Assembly (NCBI GenBank): GCA_034780895.1
Contig: JAUZTB010000063.1
Location: 14,997,485-15,061,484, forward strand
Length of the DNA: 64,000 bases
Source of the DNA: Rhynchobatus australiae
Lineage: Eukaryota
Reading direction: 5' to 3'
A program made the position numbers and the translations under genes. The first letter of the stretch is position 1. Each line of letters begins with the position of its first letter. The notes under the pieces were generated by a model. That model saw only the letters and a list, made by a program, of their open reading frames with translations. It did no database searches and was not told the DNA's origin. Shown here piece after piece: positions 61,628-64,000 of the stretch.

Positions 61628-61890
61628 GGCGGCACGGTAGTGAAGCGGTTAGCGCAACACTATTACAACACCAGTGATCGGGGTTCAATTCCCGTCGCTG
61701 TCTGTAAGGAGTTTGTACATTCTTCCGTGTCTGTGTGGGTTTCCTCCGGGTGTTCTGGTTTCCTCCCACATTCTAAAGACATATGGGTAGGTTACTTTGG
61801 GGTTTAAAATAGGCGACACGGACTCGTTGGGCCGGAAGAGCCTGTTACCATGCTGTAAATATTTTTTTTAATTTAAAAAAAATTAATTAA
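61628..61890 (+). mobile_element. Full-length HE1/V-SINE-like tRNA-derived SINE
   Basis: A-box-like TAGTGAAGCGG (61638-61648), B-box GGTTCAATTCC (61682-61692), V-type core gtgggtttcctccgggtgttctggtttcctcccaca, CR1-like tail gggccggaagagcctgttaccatgctgtaaat and an A/T-rich end. CpGs are retained. Confidence 0.9.
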
Positions 61891-62769
61891 AGGCAACAGA
61901 TATCAAACTTGCCTCTATGGATAGCACTATTTTCTGATGTAAGCACCAGACAGTATAAACTAGAAGATCCCATGTAGGCTTCACAAGCTATCTTGAATCT
62001 GCAAAGGAGAGGTATCACAATTAATTTCAGTTCTTATTTCCTGCTGGCTCTTCCTCTGTGACTTGCTGGTACCTAACTGTTCTGGAAAAGTAAGGACTGA
62101 GTTTATANNNNNNNNNNNNNNNNNNNNNNNNNNNNNNNNNNNNNNNNNNNNNNNNNNNNNNNNNNNNNNNNNNNNNNNNNNNNNNNNNNNNNNNNNNNNN
62201 NNNNNNNTTTATAACTGCTTTTAAAATTGCCACATATATAATCTGGAGAAAACTGGATCAAATATACTGCTGGTACATTATATCTAGGCTCACCTGTGAG
62301 CAGCCATCACCCATAAAATTGAATACTGGCAAAGAATCTTTCTAGAGTCTGACAAAATACGTCCTAGGTGAATATACCACTCGAATTTTCGTTTGTTGCT
62401 AAGTTTTATGAATCTTGAAACCAGAAACATTTTGATGGTATATTTCAGATGGTAGCTGATTTATACATTTTCTTTTCTGATTCTGCTGTTATTTAATAGG
62501 AGAAAAGTAAAAATCATACAAAGCAATTACTGTTGAACAATTGTAAACGTTATAGTAAAATCTATCCTTCTAAAAGAATGCATCAGAAATTGAGTTTAAA
62601 TGGTTTAAATACGATGACTGGTTTAGTACACCAATTGGACATGCTTCTTTCCTTTGTTTTCAGATAAGATTTCCTTTCATTCTGGTTTCTTGCCATAATA
62701 GGCTACTTGTTGCAACCTATTTGGCAACCAGATTACAGGAAAGAGGTGATTGCATGGGAGAAGGTGGCG

Positions 62770-63275
62770 ATTGTTACTAAGAGTGGAATATTTTAACTAT
62801 AAGGAAAGATTGGATAAGCTAGTGTTTGTTTTCTTTGGATCACAGTAAGCTGAGGGGAAACTTCATTGTGGTATATAAAATTGAAGGGCCTAGATAGAGT
62901 AAGTAGCATTTACCAGTTTCCTTAAGCAGAGGGATCAGAAATCATTGGACATAGATTTAAAGTAATTGGTGAGGTGACATCTCAAACTCACTCTCTGAAA
63001 GGGTGGTGGAGGCAGAAATAGTCATTGAATAGATTCTTGAAGAGCCGTGACCTACAGCTTGTGCAAGAAGGCAAGGCAAAGAAAGATATGGTTATAATGT
63101 GGGCAATGGGATGGGCTTCAGGGTTAATGGAAAAAAGGTCAGCATGGATGTGGTGGGGAAAGAGCCCACTTCTGTGCTGTACAACCATGACTCTTGGTGG
63201 GGTTAAGCTGGGTAGCTCCTTTTTCTCATTCTAGAAAGGAGGTGGTGGACTGAATGACCTTCCTCTATGTTAAAA
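62770..63275 (+). mobile_element. Decayed CR1 3' region
   Basis: ttaactataaggaaagattggataagctag, ctgaggggaaac..gtatataaaatt, gggtggtggaggcaga, ggactgaatgaccttcctctatgtt. Confidence 0.8.
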
Positions 63276-64000
63276 TATTTTTCAGTGATTCTTGATTCTC
63301 CTGTTATATTTTTAGTATAAAAGGATAATATGCATTACCCATTTCCATGACTTTGACCTTGACTGTTTGATTTATGACTTGAATTGCCTTAAATGACCAT
63401 CAGTTGACCTGAGTACAATGCATTATCATTCTGTTCATAAGGGATTGTAAATTTTTCACTGAGAAACATGAAGGCCCATAGTTTGGGGCACCACTTTTGT
63501 GCGGGTAAATAACAAAATCACACTTAAGTTTCATTGGTCTTAGTTTTTAAGATACCTACATCTCGTATTAAGGAATGACAGAAATTTAGATTTTGAGATC
63601 CTGGGAAAGAATCTCAGAGGACAGAGCTCATCTGTAACCTGGCAAAGAAGAGTTTAAAAGAAAATGATAATCCTTGATCAAACACAACCAGAGGTACAAG
63701 GAAGGAAAAAGGTTTTCATGATGGTGTATTTTCAGATTAGAAAGGAGAAATGGTAAGGATTTCAGCAGCATCAAATGAAGTAGGGGCACGAAATGACTTG
63801 GAGAAGCAGAAAAAGATGTTTAAGCTTCCCTGCTGTAAAGGTTTTAACAAATTGGGTTTTGTGAAGTGAGACATGGCAGTCAAAGTGTTTGGCAAGGAAG
63901 AAGAAAGCAATTTTTTTAGACTTAAGAATATGTTGTAAAGCACAATACATCATGGCATACAGCTGACTTTAGAGTTTATCTAGGATGGCTTATTCCTGTG

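Noticed and set aside
61628-61700. tRNA gene (A and B boxes present)
   Set aside because: No convincing cloverleaf, and the sequence continues into SINE core and tail.

Overview
This is vertebrate genomic DNA. The repeat complement (CR1, HE1/V-SINE-like, DeuSINE-like, Penelope, RTE, L2) suggests an elasmobranch (shark or ray), which is an inference. Only one protein-coding gene is supported: LRRC4 (netrin-G ligand 2, NGL-2) on the minus strand, with an intronless CDS at 2482-4368/4380, a splice acceptor at 4456-4457, a motif-rich 3'UTR and a probable promoter near 4.8-5.1 kb. The remaining ~59 kb is AT-rich non-coding sequence full of decayed retroelements, a probable solo LTR, two copies of a non-autonomous DNA transposon, microsatellites and many N-runs. 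In mammals LRRC4 lies antisense inside a very large SND1 intron, and I recognise no SND1 exon here, so the whole window may be that intron. I see no well-supported new multi-gene system. The best leads are a four-ATG cluster covering all three frames at the LRRC4 start, a pre-miRNA-sized hairpin at 6129-6190, several long fold-back inverted duplications (9957-10152, 31692-31917, 58059-58220), a candidate plus-strand cryptic exon at 858-938, and a diverged 145-bp direct duplication. Repeat boundaries and family names come from reading by eye and from memory, and are approximate.
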